Part shown: piece after piece, positions 49,158 through 59,090 of the stretch
Numbering within the stretch: position 1 is the stretch's first letter
Layout of the letters: each line of letters starts with the position of its first letter
From: an uncultured Chloroflexia bacterium
GTDB lineage: Bacteria > Chloroflexota > Limnocylindria > Limnocylindrales > CSP1-4
NCBI GenBank assembly: GCA_963833225.1
Contig: CAWHXD010000006.1
Span: forward strand, 224,001 to 288,000
Direction of reading: 5' to 3'
DNA length: 64,000 nt
Translations under genes and position numbers: made by a program
The notes under the pieces: model-generated
The model's input: the letters and a program-made list of their open reading frames with translations, nothing else
Told to the model about the DNA's origin: nothing
The model's database searches: none

Positions 49158-50528
49158 CTACTCGGCGGCCGTCGCGCCGGTGAACGTGAACGAGGACAGG
49201 CGCAGCGACGGCACGACGGACGCGCCCATCATCCCCCGGATGCACCGGCGTTCCCGGCTGACGGCCTCGACGTTCGACAGGGCGTCCAGGTAGGACATCG
49301 TGAACCGGAGGTTCCGGACGGGGCCGACGACCCGGCCACCCTCGACCAGGAACGTCCCGTCACGCGTCATCCCGGTGATGACCACCCGCTTGGAGTGGAC
49401 CGGGTTGGTGTAGTGGAACCGGGTGACGAGCAACCCGCGATCCAGGCCTCCGAGCAGCTCCTCCATCGACGCCTCGCCGGCCGCCATCACCATATTGGTG
49501 GGGAACGGGCCCCACGGATTCGGTGCCGGCAGGCCATGCCCGGTCGAAGCGCGTCCGGCCCGGGCGGCGGTCTGGGCGTCGAAGGCGAGGTCGCGGCAGA
49601 CACCGGCGTCGAGCAGTGTCAGCCGCTGCTTGGGCACGCCCTCGGCGTCGAAGCCCATCGGCAGCCCGGCCGGATCGGCCCCGTCGTCGAACAGGCTCAC
49701 CAGGGGCGAGGCGACACGACGGCCGGCCTCCCAGAACGAGCGGTCCTCCTGCACGGCGAGGGCGGAGAAGCCCAGGTACCCGAGCATGTCCGCCAGGTCC
49801 ACCACCGCGTAGTGGTGGAGCACCACCGGGTATTCGCCCGGGGCGAGGTCCACGGGGTTGACCGAGGCACGGGCGCGATCGGCCGCCTCGTGTCCCACGG
49901 CGTGGGCGTCGATGGTGGTGGCATCGACGGCATTCTGCTCCGCGTAGCCGGTCCCGCTGTCGGGGCCCATGGTCACGGTCAGCAGCTGCGAGCTGCTCCG
50001 ACGCTCGGCAACCCGGATGCCGGTGGAGCTGGCGACGGCGACGGCCTCGCTGTCGGTCGAGAACGAGCCGAACGCCGTGACCCCCGCCTCATCGGCAGCC
50101 GAGATCACGGCTCGAGCCCCCTCGGCGCGGAGCTCAGGGCTGGCCTCCGCGGTGCCGATCGACCAGGCGTCGGTGAGGGCCTCCACGGGGGCCGCTGCCG
50201 GGAGCCCCGGCCAGTCCTCCAGCTCCGCCACGTTGGCGGTGATCGCGGCAGCCCGCTCCACGAGGGCGCGGATTCCCTCGGCGTCCGCCCGACCGCTGCT
50301 CGCGACCCCAACGCGCCGTCCGGTGACGAAGCGCAGGTTGACCAGGACCTCGCTGCTGGCCACGTTCTGGTGGATCTCGCTGTTCGCGAAGCGGGTCAGG
50401 GCGGACTCGCCGGCGACGACGAACACCTCTGCCTCGCCTGCGCCGGCCGTCTCAGCTCTCGAGAGGACGTTCTCGGCGAGGTGCAGCGCTGCCTCCGGAT
50501 CTGCCGCAACACCGTGCCCGCCGCTCAC
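49158..50528 (-). CDS. TldE/PmbA-family protein
   Basis: TRFANSEIHQN, PGEYPVVL, FDAEG, STGH, TGMTRDG, NLRF. Confidence 0.88.
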   Translation of the reverse strand: MSGGHGVAADPEAALHLAENVLSRAETAGAGEAEVFVVAGESALTRFANSEIHQNVASSEVLVNLRFVTGRRVGVASSGRADAEGIRALVERAAAITANVAELEDWPGLPAAAPVEALTDAWSIGTAEASPELRAEGARAVISAADEAGVTAFGSFSTDSEAVAVASSTGIRVAERRSSSQLLTVTMGPDSGTGYAEQNAVDATTIDAHAVGHEAADRARASVNPVDLAPGEYPVVLHHYAVVDLADMLGYLGFSALAVQEDRSFWEAGRRVASPLVSLFDDGADPAGLPMGFDAEGVPKQRLTLLDAGVCRDLAFDAQTAARAGRASTGHGLPAPNPWGPFPTNMVMAAGEASMEELLGGLDRGLLVTRFHYTNPVHSKRVVITGMTRDGTFLVEGGRVVGPVRNLRFTMSYLDALSNVEAVSRERRCIRGMMGASVVPSLRLSSFTFTGATAAE

Positions 50529-51967
50529 GACGCCACCCCGACCCGGACGTTCCGGAACCTGGCCCCGGACACGCCGTGGCCCACATGCCCCTCCTGGCCG
50601 GGTTCGCCCTTGCCGCAGTTCGGCGTCCCCCACATCGACCACGACGAGGCATCTCCGACGGCGTCCATCGACCGCCACAGCTCGTACGTGATGCCGGTGT
50701 AGGTCGCGTTCCGGTACAGGCGGCCCACCTTGCCACCCTTGACCTCACGGCAGACCTCGGTGGAGAACTGGAAGTTGAGACGCCGGTCGTCGATGGACCA
50801 GGAGCGGTTGGTCTCGAGCAGGAGGCCGTCGTCCGTGTCCGCGATGATCTGGTCGAAGCTCATCCCGGGCTTGGGCAGCAGGTTCACGTTGGTCATCCGG
50901 ATCAGCGGGATCCGGTTCCAGCCGTCCGCGCGCATCGCCCCGCCGCTCTCGCGACCGATGCGGGGAGCCGTCTCGCGCGAGCTGAGGTAGCCCGTGAAGA
51001 TCCCGTCCTTGACGAGATGGACCCGCTGCGCCGCGACCCCCTCGTCGTCCCAGCCAAAGGTGCCGAGCCCGCCGGGGACCGTGGCATCGGCGACGATGTC
51101 GCACAGGTCGGAGCCGTAGCGGAAGTGGCCCAGCATGTCCGGCAGGAGGAAGCTGGTGCCGGCGTACGAGGCCTCGGTCCCGAACGCGCGATCCAGCTCG
51201 GTGGGGTGACCGCAGCTCTCGTGCACCTGCATGTAGAGCTGTGACGGATGCAGGAGGATCGTGCGCATGCCCGCAGGCAGCGGCGGCGCGGACAGGAGCT
51301 CCACGGCCTCCGACGCGATCCGTTCGGCGGTGCCCGCCAGGTCCATCGCCCGCACGTACTCGTAGCCGGCCGACGCCCACCCGCCGCCGTTGTCGGGATA
51401 GCTGCGACGCTGGTGCTCGTCGCCCTCGACGGCGTTGGCCTCGACGCCGGACCCGACATGCGTGATCACCTGCTCGGTGTAGCTGCCGTCGCTGGCCGCA
51501 AACGTCTTCCACTCACGCTGCGCCCCGTAGACGCTCTCGGTCCACGCGATCCCCTTGACCGCGTTCATCGCCCGATCGGCGGCGAGGAGGTCGTCGATCT
51601 TGCGGTCGAGGGGAACGGCGAACGGATCCTCGCCGACGGGGCTTTCGAACCGGCCATGGGCAGGAGGCCGGCCGTCGAGCACCACCGGGTTGCGGATCGT
51701 CGTCGCGCTGGCCCTTGCGATCCGGACCGCATCCGCCGCGACTCGATCCGCCTCGGCGGTCGTCAGCACGTGGCTGGCGGCGAACCCCCACGCGCCACCC
51801 ACGAGCACCCGGACCCCAAACCCCTCGCTCTCCCCGCTGGACACGCCCTCCACGCGGGTCGTCTTGATGGTGATGGATTCCTCGAGGCGTCGGACCACGC
51901 GCACATCGGCATACGTCGCGCCCAGCGCGGTGGCCGTGTCGAGGGCACGGCTCGTCAGATCACGCAT
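50525..51967 (-). CDS. tldD: TldD metalloprotease
   Basis: YADVR, GFGVR, HESCGHPTELD, WDDEG, RMTN, CGKGEP. Confidence 0.92.
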   Translation of the reverse strand: MRDLTSRALDTATALGATYADVRVVRRLEESITIKTTRVEGVSSGESEGFGVRVLVGGAWGFAASHVLTTAEADRVAADAVRIARASATTIRNPVVLDGRPPAHGRFESPVGEDPFAVPLDRKIDDLLAADRAMNAVKGIAWTESVYGAQREWKTFAASDGSYTEQVITHVGSGVEANAVEGDEHQRRSYPDNGGGWASAGYEYVRAMDLAGTAERIASEAVELLSAPPLPAGMRTILLHPSQLYMQVHESCGHPTELDRAFGTEASYAGTSFLLPDMLGHFRYGSDLCDIVADATVPGGLGTFGWDDEGVAAQRVHLVKDGIFTGYLSSRETAPRIGRESGGAMRADGWNRIPLIRMTNVNLLPKPGMSFDQIIADTDDGLLLETNRSWSIDDRRLNFQFSTEVCREVKGGKVGRLYRNATYTGITYELWRSMDAVGDASSWSMWGTPNCGKGEPGQEGHVGHGVSGARFRNVRVGVAS

Positions 51968-52197
51968 TGCCGTCGAGGGTATCGCGGTCGACGGCTCGTT
52001 GTCGTTGGGGGACGTTCGGCCCCCCATCGGCCCCCCATCGGCCCTGTAGGGGAGGGACAGGTGGACGTGAGACTCGGCAGATCCGACGACCTCCTGGCGC
52101 GCGCGGCAAGAGCGATTGTGAGCGCCGCACGGGCCGCCGGGCGCACTGGGCGCGGCCACGCGGGGCGCGCCGACGCGACGGGTGGAGGAGAGACACG

Positions 52198-53418
52198 ATG
52201 GGCGACGCCGTCGGGCTCGGAACGAGCCCCTACCTCGAACCTGGCTCGACACCGCCGCCGGGCGAGGACCCCGGAGCGGGCTGGCTGATGACCGCGCTGG
52301 CAAGTCGCGGGGTGAGCCGCCGCCGGTTCCTGGGGTTCGCTTCGGCCATGACGGCGCTGCTGGCGCTGCCGCAGGCGATGGCGCCGCAGATCGTCAAGGC
52401 GCTCGAGGATCCCAAGCGCAAGCCAGTCGTGGTCTGGCTGGAGTTCCAGGACTGTGCCGGCAACAGCGAATCGATGCTCCGCAGCAGCCACCCGACCGTG
52501 GCTGACGTCGTGCTCGACGTGGTCTCCTGGGAGTACCACGAGACCATCATGGCGGGCGCCGGCCACCAGGCGGAGGCGGTGCTGGAGCGCGTCAGGACAG
52601 GTTCGGATCCCTACGTGCTGATCGTCGAGGGGTCCATCCCCACGGCGGACGGTGGCGTCTACTGCACCATCGGCGGCAAGACCGCGGTCCAGCACCTGCA
52701 GGAGATGGCCGCCAACGCCGCGCTCGTCGTGGCCGTCGGCGCCTGCGCCTGGGACGGCGGGTTCCCACGTCTTGGGCCCACGGGGGCCGTCGGCGTCGGG
52801 GACATCATCGGCAACAAGCCGCTGGTCAATCTCGGCGGCTGTCCGCACAACCCGGCCAACACCGCTGCGACGCTCGTCCACTACCTGACGTTCGGCAAGG
52901 CACCCGCTCTCGACAGCTACAACCGTCCGCTCTTCGCGTACGGCCACCTGATCCACGACCAGTGTGAGCGCCGCGCGCACTTCGACGCCGGTCGGTTCGT
53001 CGAGGCGTGGGGTGACGCTGGGCACCGCGAGGGCTGGTGCCTGTACAAGATGGGCTGCAAGGGCCCGCAGGCGACCTTCAACTGCCCGATCGTTCGCTGG
53101 AATGACAGCACCAACTGGCCGATCGGCGCCGGGCATGGCTGCATCGCCTGTGCGTCTCCCAGGTTCTGGGAGCGGATGAGCCCGTTCTACGACCGGCTGC
53201 CGGACGTCAAGATGTTCAGCGTCGACGTCGACGCGCAGACGATCGGCCTGGGAGCGGTGGGGTTCGTGGCCGTCGGCACGGCGATCCACGCGGGCGGCGT
53301 CGTCGCCCGGCGCGCGAGAGAGCGCAGAAAGCGCGCGATGGTGGCGGCGGATGGCACCGTTGTGCCCGGCCCGGCGTCCGAGCCCGCTTCGTCGGCCGAC
53401 GCCGACGAGCAGAACTAG
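52198..53418 (+). CDS. Membrane-bound [NiFe] hydrogenase small subunit (Tat-exported)
   Basis: SRRRFLG Tat motif; QDCAGNSES; GCP; IHDQCERR; CLYKMGCKGP; WPIGAGHGCIAC; C-terminal TM anchor. Confidence 0.95.
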   Translation: MGDAVGLGTSPYLEPGSTPPPGEDPGAGWLMTALASRGVSRRRFLGFASAMTALLALPQAMAPQIVKALEDPKRKPVVVWLEFQDCAGNSESMLRSSHPTVADVVLDVVSWEYHETIMAGAGHQAEAVLERVRTGSDPYVLIVEGSIPTADGGVYCTIGGKTAVQHLQEMAANAALVVAVGACAWDGGFPRLGPTGAVGVGDIIGNKPLVNLGGCPHNPANTAATLVHYLTFGKAPALDSYNRPLFAYGHLIHDQCERRAHFDAGRFVEAWGDAGHREGWCLYKMGCKGPQATFNCPIVRWNDSTNWPIGAGHGCIACASPRFWERMSPFYDRLPDVKMFSVDVDAQTIGLGAVGFVAVGTAIHAGGVVARRARERRKRAMVAADGTVVPGPASEPASSADADEQN

Positions 53419-53427
53419 GAGCGGACG

Positions 53428-55140
53428 ATGGTTGACCGAATCGTCATCGATCCCGTCACGCGGATCGAGGGTCATCTCCGGATCGAAGCCCAGGTCGAGA
53501 ACGGCAAGGTCGCCGCGGCCTACTCGTCCGGAACCATGTTCCGCGGCATGGAGCTCATCCTCAAGGGCCGCGACCCGCGCGAGGCGTGGATCTGGGCCCA
53601 GCGGATCTGCGGCGTCTGCACCACCGTGCACGCGCACGCTTCGGTGTACGCAGTGGAGGACGCGCTGGGCATCGAGATCCCGCCCAACGCGCGCCTGATC
53701 CGCAACCTGATCGCCGGCGCCCAGCACATCCAGGACCACGTCATCCACTTCTATCACCTGCACGCGCTCGACTGGGTCGACGTGACGGGTGCCCTCGTGG
53801 CGGATCCGGCCAAGACCTCCGAGCTCGCCCAGTCCATCTCGGACTGGGACAAGAGCTCGACCGACTACTTCGCCGCCGTCCAGGCCCGGGTCAAGAAGCT
53901 CGTGGACTCAGGCCAGCTCAGCCTGTTCGCCAGCGGCTACTGGGGCCACCCGGCCTACCGGCTGCCGCCCGAGGCCAACCTCATGGCGGTCGCGCACTAC
54001 CTCGAGGCGCTCGAGTGGCAGCGCGACGTCATCCGCGTCCATGCCGTCCTGGGCGGCAAGAACCCGCATCCGCAGACGTACCTCGTCGGCGGGATGGCCT
54101 CAGCCGTGGACGGCAGCTCGCCCAACGTCGTCAACTGGGAGCGGGTCGGCTTCATCCAGGAGCGCATCAAGACGATGCGCGCCTTCGTGGAGAAGGTCTA
54201 CGTCCCGGACGTCAAGGCCGTCGCCGCCTTCTACCCGGAGTGGTGGGGCCTTGGGGCCGGGCACAAGAACTACCTCTCGTACGGCGGCCTGCAGGACGGT
54301 GCCCGCGCCGACGAGGCGCTGTTCGGGTTCAACCGCGGGATCATCGTCGGGGGCGACATCTCCAAGGTCGTCCCGCTGGACCAGCAGAAGATCACCGAGG
54401 CCATCGCCCACAGCTACTACGAGTACGGGGCCGGCGACCAGGCCGCGCTTCACCCGTGGTCGGGCGAGACCAACCCGAAGTACACGGGTCCGACGCCGCC
54501 CTACGAGCAGCTCGACGTCGAGGCCAAGTACAGCTGGCTCAAGTCGCCGCGCTACGACGGCATGCCGATGGAGGTCGGCCCGCTGTCGCGGATGCTGGTC
54601 GCCTATGCCTCCGGCAACAAGCGGGTCCAGGACCTGGTCAACGGCGCGCTCACGGAGCTCAACCTCCAGCCGGCCGCGCTGTTCTCCACCCTGGGCAGGG
54701 TCGCGGCCCGGGCGCTGGAGTCGGTGTACCTGCTGGACCTCATGGACACCTGGATCGGCCAGCTCGCCGCGAACATGGAGTCCGGAGATCTCCGGATCCA
54801 CGAGGGCGCGAAGTGGGATCCCTCCACCTGGCCTGCCGAGACCGAGGGTTGGGGCTTCCACGAGGCGCCGCGCGGTGCCCTGGGGCACTGGGTGAAGATC
54901 AAGGACCGCAAGATCGAGAACTACCAGGCCGTCGTCCCGTCGACCTGGAATGCCGGTCCGCGTGACCAGCAGGGCCAGCCGGGTCCGTACGAGGCGTCGC
55001 TCGAGGGCACGCCGGTCGCGGACCCGGAGAAGCCGCTCGAGCTCCTCCGCACGATCCACTCGTTCGACCCGTGCCTCGCGTGCGCGGTCCACGTCGTGGA
55101 TGCAACCGGTCGGGAGCGGGTGCGCGTGGAGGTGCGGTGA
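53428..55140 (+). CDS. [NiFe] hydrogenase large subunit, group 1 (1f-like)
   Basis: DPVTRIEGH, L1 QRICGVCTTVH, L2 SFDPCLACAVH plus cleavable C-terminal tail. Confidence 0.96.
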   Translation: MVDRIVIDPVTRIEGHLRIEAQVENGKVAAAYSSGTMFRGMELILKGRDPREAWIWAQRICGVCTTVHAHASVYAVEDALGIEIPPNARLIRNLIAGAQHIQDHVIHFYHLHALDWVDVTGALVADPAKTSELAQSISDWDKSSTDYFAAVQARVKKLVDSGQLSLFASGYWGHPAYRLPPEANLMAVAHYLEALEWQRDVIRVHAVLGGKNPHPQTYLVGGMASAVDGSSPNVVNWERVGFIQERIKTMRAFVEKVYVPDVKAVAAFYPEWWGLGAGHKNYLSYGGLQDGARADEALFGFNRGIIVGGDISKVVPLDQQKITEAIAHSYYEYGAGDQAALHPWSGETNPKYTGPTPPYEQLDVEAKYSWLKSPRYDGMPMEVGPLSRMLVAYASGNKRVQDLVNGALTELNLQPAALFSTLGRVAARALESVYLLDLMDTWIGQLAANMESGDLRIHEGAKWDPSTWPAETEGWGFHEAPRGALGHWVKIKDRKIENYQAVVPSTWNAGPRDQQGQPGPYEASLEGTPVADPEKPLELLRTIHSFDPCLACAVHVVDATGRERVRVEVR

Positions 55141-55934
55141 TGGCCGCCACCCCGATCATCAAGCCGGCCGCCGAGCAGGAGGACGACACCGTCCTCGGCT
55201 GCAGCCCGATCTACGTCTGGGAGGTCCCGGTCCGCGTGACCCACTGGGCGATCGTCACCTCGATCGTCGCGCTTGGGCTCACCGGCCTGTACATGCACGG
55301 GCCGTTCATCGTGCCCAGCCAGCCCGTTGAGGCGTCCGCGGTGATGGCCTCGGTCCGCTTCTGGCACGAGATGTTCGCGATCGTGTTCACGATCTCGATC
55401 GCGGTTCGCTTCTACTGGGGGTTCGTGGGCAACAGCTTCGCGAGCTGGCGCCAGATCATCCCGCACCGCCGGGATCAGCTCTACTGGCTGGGCCAGATGG
55501 CGAAGTACTACTCGTTCCGTCGCCGGCACCCGGCGCCGTACGCGGGCCACAACCATCTGGCGGGCCTGGCCTACACGGTCGTCTCGATCGGCCTGTTCGC
55601 CCAGGTCCTGTCTGGCCTGCTGCTGTTCGGCTGGATCATGCAGTCCGGTCCGATCCACACCTTCTTCGGGTGGGGCAACGCCTTCCCGCTCGGTGGCATC
55701 CAGGGCGTCCGGACCCTCCACTACATCCTGACCTTCCTGTTTGCCGCCTTCGCGATGCATCACGTCTACTCCGCGATCCTCGTGGATATCGAGGAGAAGA
55801 CGGGCGTGATGTCATCGATCTTCTCGGGGTACAAGAACATCCGGCCCAGCTCGTCCCTCGAGGCCCTGGGCCTCGTGGGCGACTCGCCGGAGGAGCGTGC
55901 TCGCAGCGAGTTCTGGGAGAACGAGGATGCATGA
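55140..55934 (+). CDS. Hydrogenase b-type cytochrome subunit
   Basis: YVWEVPVRVTHW, RFWH, GHN, RTLHY, HHVY, SSIFSGYK. Confidence 0.93.
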   Translation: MAATPIIKPAAEQEDDTVLGCSPIYVWEVPVRVTHWAIVTSIVALGLTGLYMHGPFIVPSQPVEASAVMASVRFWHEMFAIVFTISIAVRFYWGFVGNSFASWRQIIPHRRDQLYWLGQMAKYYSFRRRHPAPYAGHNHLAGLAYTVVSIGLFAQVLSGLLLFGWIMQSGPIHTFFGWGNAFPLGGIQGVRTLHYILTFLFAAFAMHHVYSAILVDIEEKTGVMSSIFSGYKNIRPSSSLEALGLVGDSPEERARSEFWENEDA

Positions 55935-56301
55935 AGCGGGCCTGCTGGCCGCCGCGGTCGCTGAGGCGCTCGCGGCGGCCGCACCCGCCGACACGAAATC
56001 GATGGGCCCCGGCTCCACCGGGGCCCATCGTTCGATGATCCTCGAGGTCCGGGTCCACGACCCGATCCACGTCGCGCCAGAGTCCGCACGCCTCCACGCG
56101 GAGCTGGCCCTTCGTGCCCGGGGGCTGGTGGACGTCGAGATCCTGGTCACCGCCGACCCGGTCACCTGCGTCCTGTGTGACGTCGAGAACACGGTGATCG
56201 CGTCCCACCCGTTCTGCGCCGAGTGCGGCTGGCCGCTGCCCGACCAGGGCGGTCATGCCGTCGAGGCGGTCGTGCGCTGGGCCGGTGAGGTCCCTGCTTG
56301 A
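55927..56301 (+). CDS. Divergent HypA/HybF-like nickel metallochaperone
   Basis: N-terminal MHE plus CVLC...CAEC zinc-finger pairs. Confidence 0.7.
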   Translation: MHEAGLLAAAVAEALAAAAPADTKSMGPGSTGAHRSMILEVRVHDPIHVAPESARLHAELALRARGLVDVEILVTADPVTCVLCDVENTVIASHPFCAECGWPLPDQGGHAVEAVVRWAGEVPA

Positions 56302-56786
56302 GCTCGTATGTCGTCCTCGGGCTGGGCAACCGGCTCGAGACGGACGAGGCGCTGGGCGCGCTGGTCATCGAGGAGCTGCAGCGGGACCCGGAGCACCTCG
56401 CGGGGCTGCCCGACCCGGCCGCGGTGGGGTTGATCGACGGCGGCACCGTGGGTCTTGCGTTGCTGCCCTACCTGATGAGCCTCGACGGGCTGGTGGTCGT
56501 CGACGCCATCACCGCGAAGACCGAGCCCGGCACGCTGATCGACCTCGACGGCGCGTCGCTCATCGCGCACGAGCAGGTGATGAGCGTCCACGACCTTGGC
56601 GCGGGCGAGCTGCTCGGGGCGCTGCACGTGCTGGAGGCGTGGCCGCGGCGCGTGCGGGTGATCGGGCTGGAGCCCAAGGCGATCGAGCTCGGCCTGGAGT
56701 TGAGCGAACCGGTGGCGGCCGGGGTGCCCGGATTGCTCAAGGCGATCACCGGCCACCTCGAAGCGTGGCAGCGCGCGGACGGGTAG
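56298..56786 (+). CDS. Hydrogenase maturation protease (HyaD/HybD family)
   Basis: VLGLGN...DEALG, IDGGT, VVDA, SVHD, LELSEPV. Confidence 0.92.
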   Translation: MSSYVVLGLGNRLETDEALGALVIEELQRDPEHLAGLPDPAAVGLIDGGTVGLALLPYLMSLDGLVVVDAITAKTEPGTLIDLDGASLIAHEQVMSVHDLGAGELLGALHVLEAWPRRVRVIGLEPKAIELGLELSEPVAAGVPGLLKAITGHLEAWQRADG

Positions 56787-56838
56787 CCTCGGCCGGGTAG
56801 CCTCGGCCGGCGGCGGCTGATCGCCTACACTCGCCCAC

Positions 56839-57528
56839 GTGGCTGCCCCCGTTCCGCGCCCGCATCCGGGCCTGTTCATCACCCTCGAGGGGCCCGACGG
56901 CTCGGGCAAGTCGAGCCTGATGCCGCGTCTGGCGGCAGTCCTGGCGGCTGGCGGCTGCGAGGTCGTCACCACCCGCGAGCCGGGGTCCACGCCGCTCGGC
57001 GATCAGATGCGGCGGCTGGTCCTGGACACCGACCCTCCGATCGACCGGGGTGGCCGTGCCGATGCGCTCCTGTTCGCCGCCTCCCGGGCGCAGCATGTGG
57101 AGGAGGTCATCCGGCCGGCGATCGCTCGTGGGGCGATCGTCATCTGCGACCGGTACGCGGACTCCTCGCTCGCCTACCAGGGCGCGGGCTCCGGCGTGCC
57201 GATGGGCGAGCTCCGTCAGGTCCAGCGTTTCGCGACGGGCGGACTTGCGCCGGATCTGACCGTCCTGCTCGATCTGCCGGTCGAGGTGGGGCTGCGGCGC
57301 AAGTCGGCCGAGATCACGAGGTTCGAGGCGTTCCAGGACGTCGCCTACCACGAGCGGGTGCGGGCGGCGTTCCTGGGGTTCGCCGCCGATGAGCCGGGGC
57401 GCTACGCGGTGGTGGACGCGAACGCGCCCGCTGAGCAGGTGCTGGCGAGTGCGCTGGCGGCTGTGACCCGGGTGGCCCACCGACTGCCGTGTCTTGCCGC
57501 CGTCCTGCCCCCGGTCGCCCGCGTCTGA
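56839..57528 (+). CDS. tmk: Thymidylate kinase
   Basis: FITLEGPDGSGKS, TREPG, LLFAASRAQH, CDRYADSSLAYQG, PDLT. Confidence 0.96.
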   Translation: MAAPVPRPHPGLFITLEGPDGSGKSSLMPRLAAVLAAGGCEVVTTREPGSTPLGDQMRRLVLDTDPPIDRGGRADALLFAASRAQHVEEVIRPAIARGAIVICDRYADSSLAYQGAGSGVPMGELRQVQRFATGGLAPDLTVLLDLPVEVGLRRKSAEITRFEAFQDVAYHERVRAAFLGFAADEPGRYAVVDANAPAEQVLASALAAVTRVAHRLPCLAAVLPPVARV

Positions 57529-57579
57529 AGCGAACCCTAGGTCGCCTGGGGAGAGTCAGGCGCGCCGGACCGCGGTCCG

Positions 57580-58599
57580 TCAGCCCGCAGACGCCTCGAC
57601 GATCGACGCCCGGTCGGCGGCCCCGCCCAGTGCCGTGCGCGCCGTTGCCAGGAGCGACTCGGCGTCGGCCCCGTCCTGCGGGAAGCGGGCAATCCCGGCC
57701 GACACGGAGATGGAGTGATCGCCGACCGCGTCGAGCTTGGCGATCCCGTCCATGACTCGCCTGGCGACCGTCACTCCGGCTGACCCCGGAGCGACCAGCA
57801 CGAACTCGTCGCCACCGGTGCGGGCAATCGTATCCACGAGGCGGACACTCTCGGCGAGCACCGTCGCGACCTGGCGCAGGACGTGGTCCCCGGCCAGTGA
57901 CCCGGAGGCCAGGTTGAGCTCGCGGAACGCGTCAACGTCGAACAGCGCGACCGACACCTCGGTGTTCTGCCGTTGCGCCCTCGCGACCTCGAGGTCGAGG
58001 ACCCGGGTCAGGGTGCGCGCATTGGCCAGGCCCGTGAGCGGATCGGTGAGCGCCACCCGCTCCAGCCACTCGACCCGCTCATCGGCCATGGACGACGTCC
58101 GGAAGGTGGCCACGGCCGCCGCGGCGAGGTCCGCGACCGCGACCAGGAGCGCCTCCTGGTCGGTGTCGATCTCGTGCTCGCCTTCCCACCCGAAGGTGAG
58201 GACGCCGACGCACGCCTCGACGCTGCCGCTGGCGGCCACGACGAGCGGCAGGTCCGCGCCGGTCATGGTCGATCCGCCGGCCGTCTGGCCGACGCGTCCC
58301 ACGGACCCCGAGCGGTCCAGGGCCGCGTGGTGGATCGGATGTTCAGGGTTGGTCGCCACCTCCGCCTCGAAAGCCTCGACGGCATCGTCGGCGATCCCGA
58401 GCGTCAGCAGCAGCTCGAGGGCGTTGCGATCCGGATCCTGCGCGAAGACCGCCGCCATGGTCGCCCCCGTCGCGGCTGCGCCCGCCTCGACGATGACGGC
58501 AAGTGCCGTGTCCAGGTCCTGGGCACGCGCGAGCGCGGCCGCACCGGCTGCCAGCACGCCCAGCGTGCCGCTGCCGGCGCCGACCTTGGTGTCCGCCAC
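57580..58599 (-). CDS. GAF-GGDEF domain protein
   Basis: TDPLTGLAN, FDVD, RLVD I-site, RTGGDEF, SVSAGIA. Confidence 0.88.
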   Translation of the reverse strand: MADTKVGAGSGTLGVLAAGAAALARAQDLDTALAVIVEAGAAATGATMAAVFAQDPDRNALELLLTLGIADDAVEAFEAEVATNPEHPIHHAALDRSGSVGRVGQTAGGSTMTGADLPLVVAASGSVEACVGVLTFGWEGEHEIDTDQEALLVAVADLAAAAVATFRTSSMADERVEWLERVALTDPLTGLANARTLTRVLDLEVARAQRQNTEVSVALFDVDAFRELNLASGSLAGDHVLRQVATVLAESVRLVDTIARTGGDEFVLVAPGSAGVTVARRVMDGIAKLDAVGDHSISVSAGIARFPQDGADAESLLATARTALGGAADRASIVEASAG

Positions 58600-58760
58600 G
58601 AGTCCCTCCGCGATCTTGGGATGGCAGGCCCGTCCAGACCTCCAGACGACGTTGGACCATGAGCCCCAAGCGACTTCGCATGCTACACCGCCCCTGCGGA
58701 CGGAGCGCCACCTGTGCGTGGACCGCGCCCCGGACGCGGCCGTGGGCTATGCTCCGCGAC

Positions 58761-59090
58761 GTGAAGCTCGTCGTAGCCATCGTGCACAACGAAGACGCGG
58801 GTGCGCTCGTCGACGCGCTGCTGGAGCGCGACTTCCGGGCCACGCGTCTCCATTCCTCGGGTGGGTTCCTCAAGCAGTCCAACGCCACGGTCATGCTGGG
58901 CGTGGAGGACGACGAGGTCGTCGAGGTGATGGGGATCGTCCGCGAGAGCTGCCACTCCAGGACCCAGATCGTGAACCCCATGCCCCCGATCATGGAGCCC
59001 GGCGAGTTCTTCATGCCCTATCCCCTCGAGGTCGAGGTGGGCGGGGCAACCGTGTTCGTGGTCCCCGTGGAGCGCTTCGAACGGCTGTGA
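58761..59090 (+). CDS. darA: PII-like cyclic-di-AMP receptor (DarA/PstA/YaaQ)
   Basis: MKLVVAIV..ED, ATRLHSSGGFLK, NAT, EVEVGGATVFV. Confidence 0.9.
   Translation: MKLVVAIVHNEDAGALVDALLERDFRATRLHSSGGFLKQSNATVMLGVEDDEVVEVMGIVRESCHSRTQIVNPMPPIMEPGEFFMPYPLEVEVGGATVFVVPVERFERL

Noticed and set aside
52110-52135. Possible CRP/FNR/Rex site upstream of the hydrogenase (TTGTGA...CAC)
   Set aside because: Only one good half-site; the spacing does not match the consensus.
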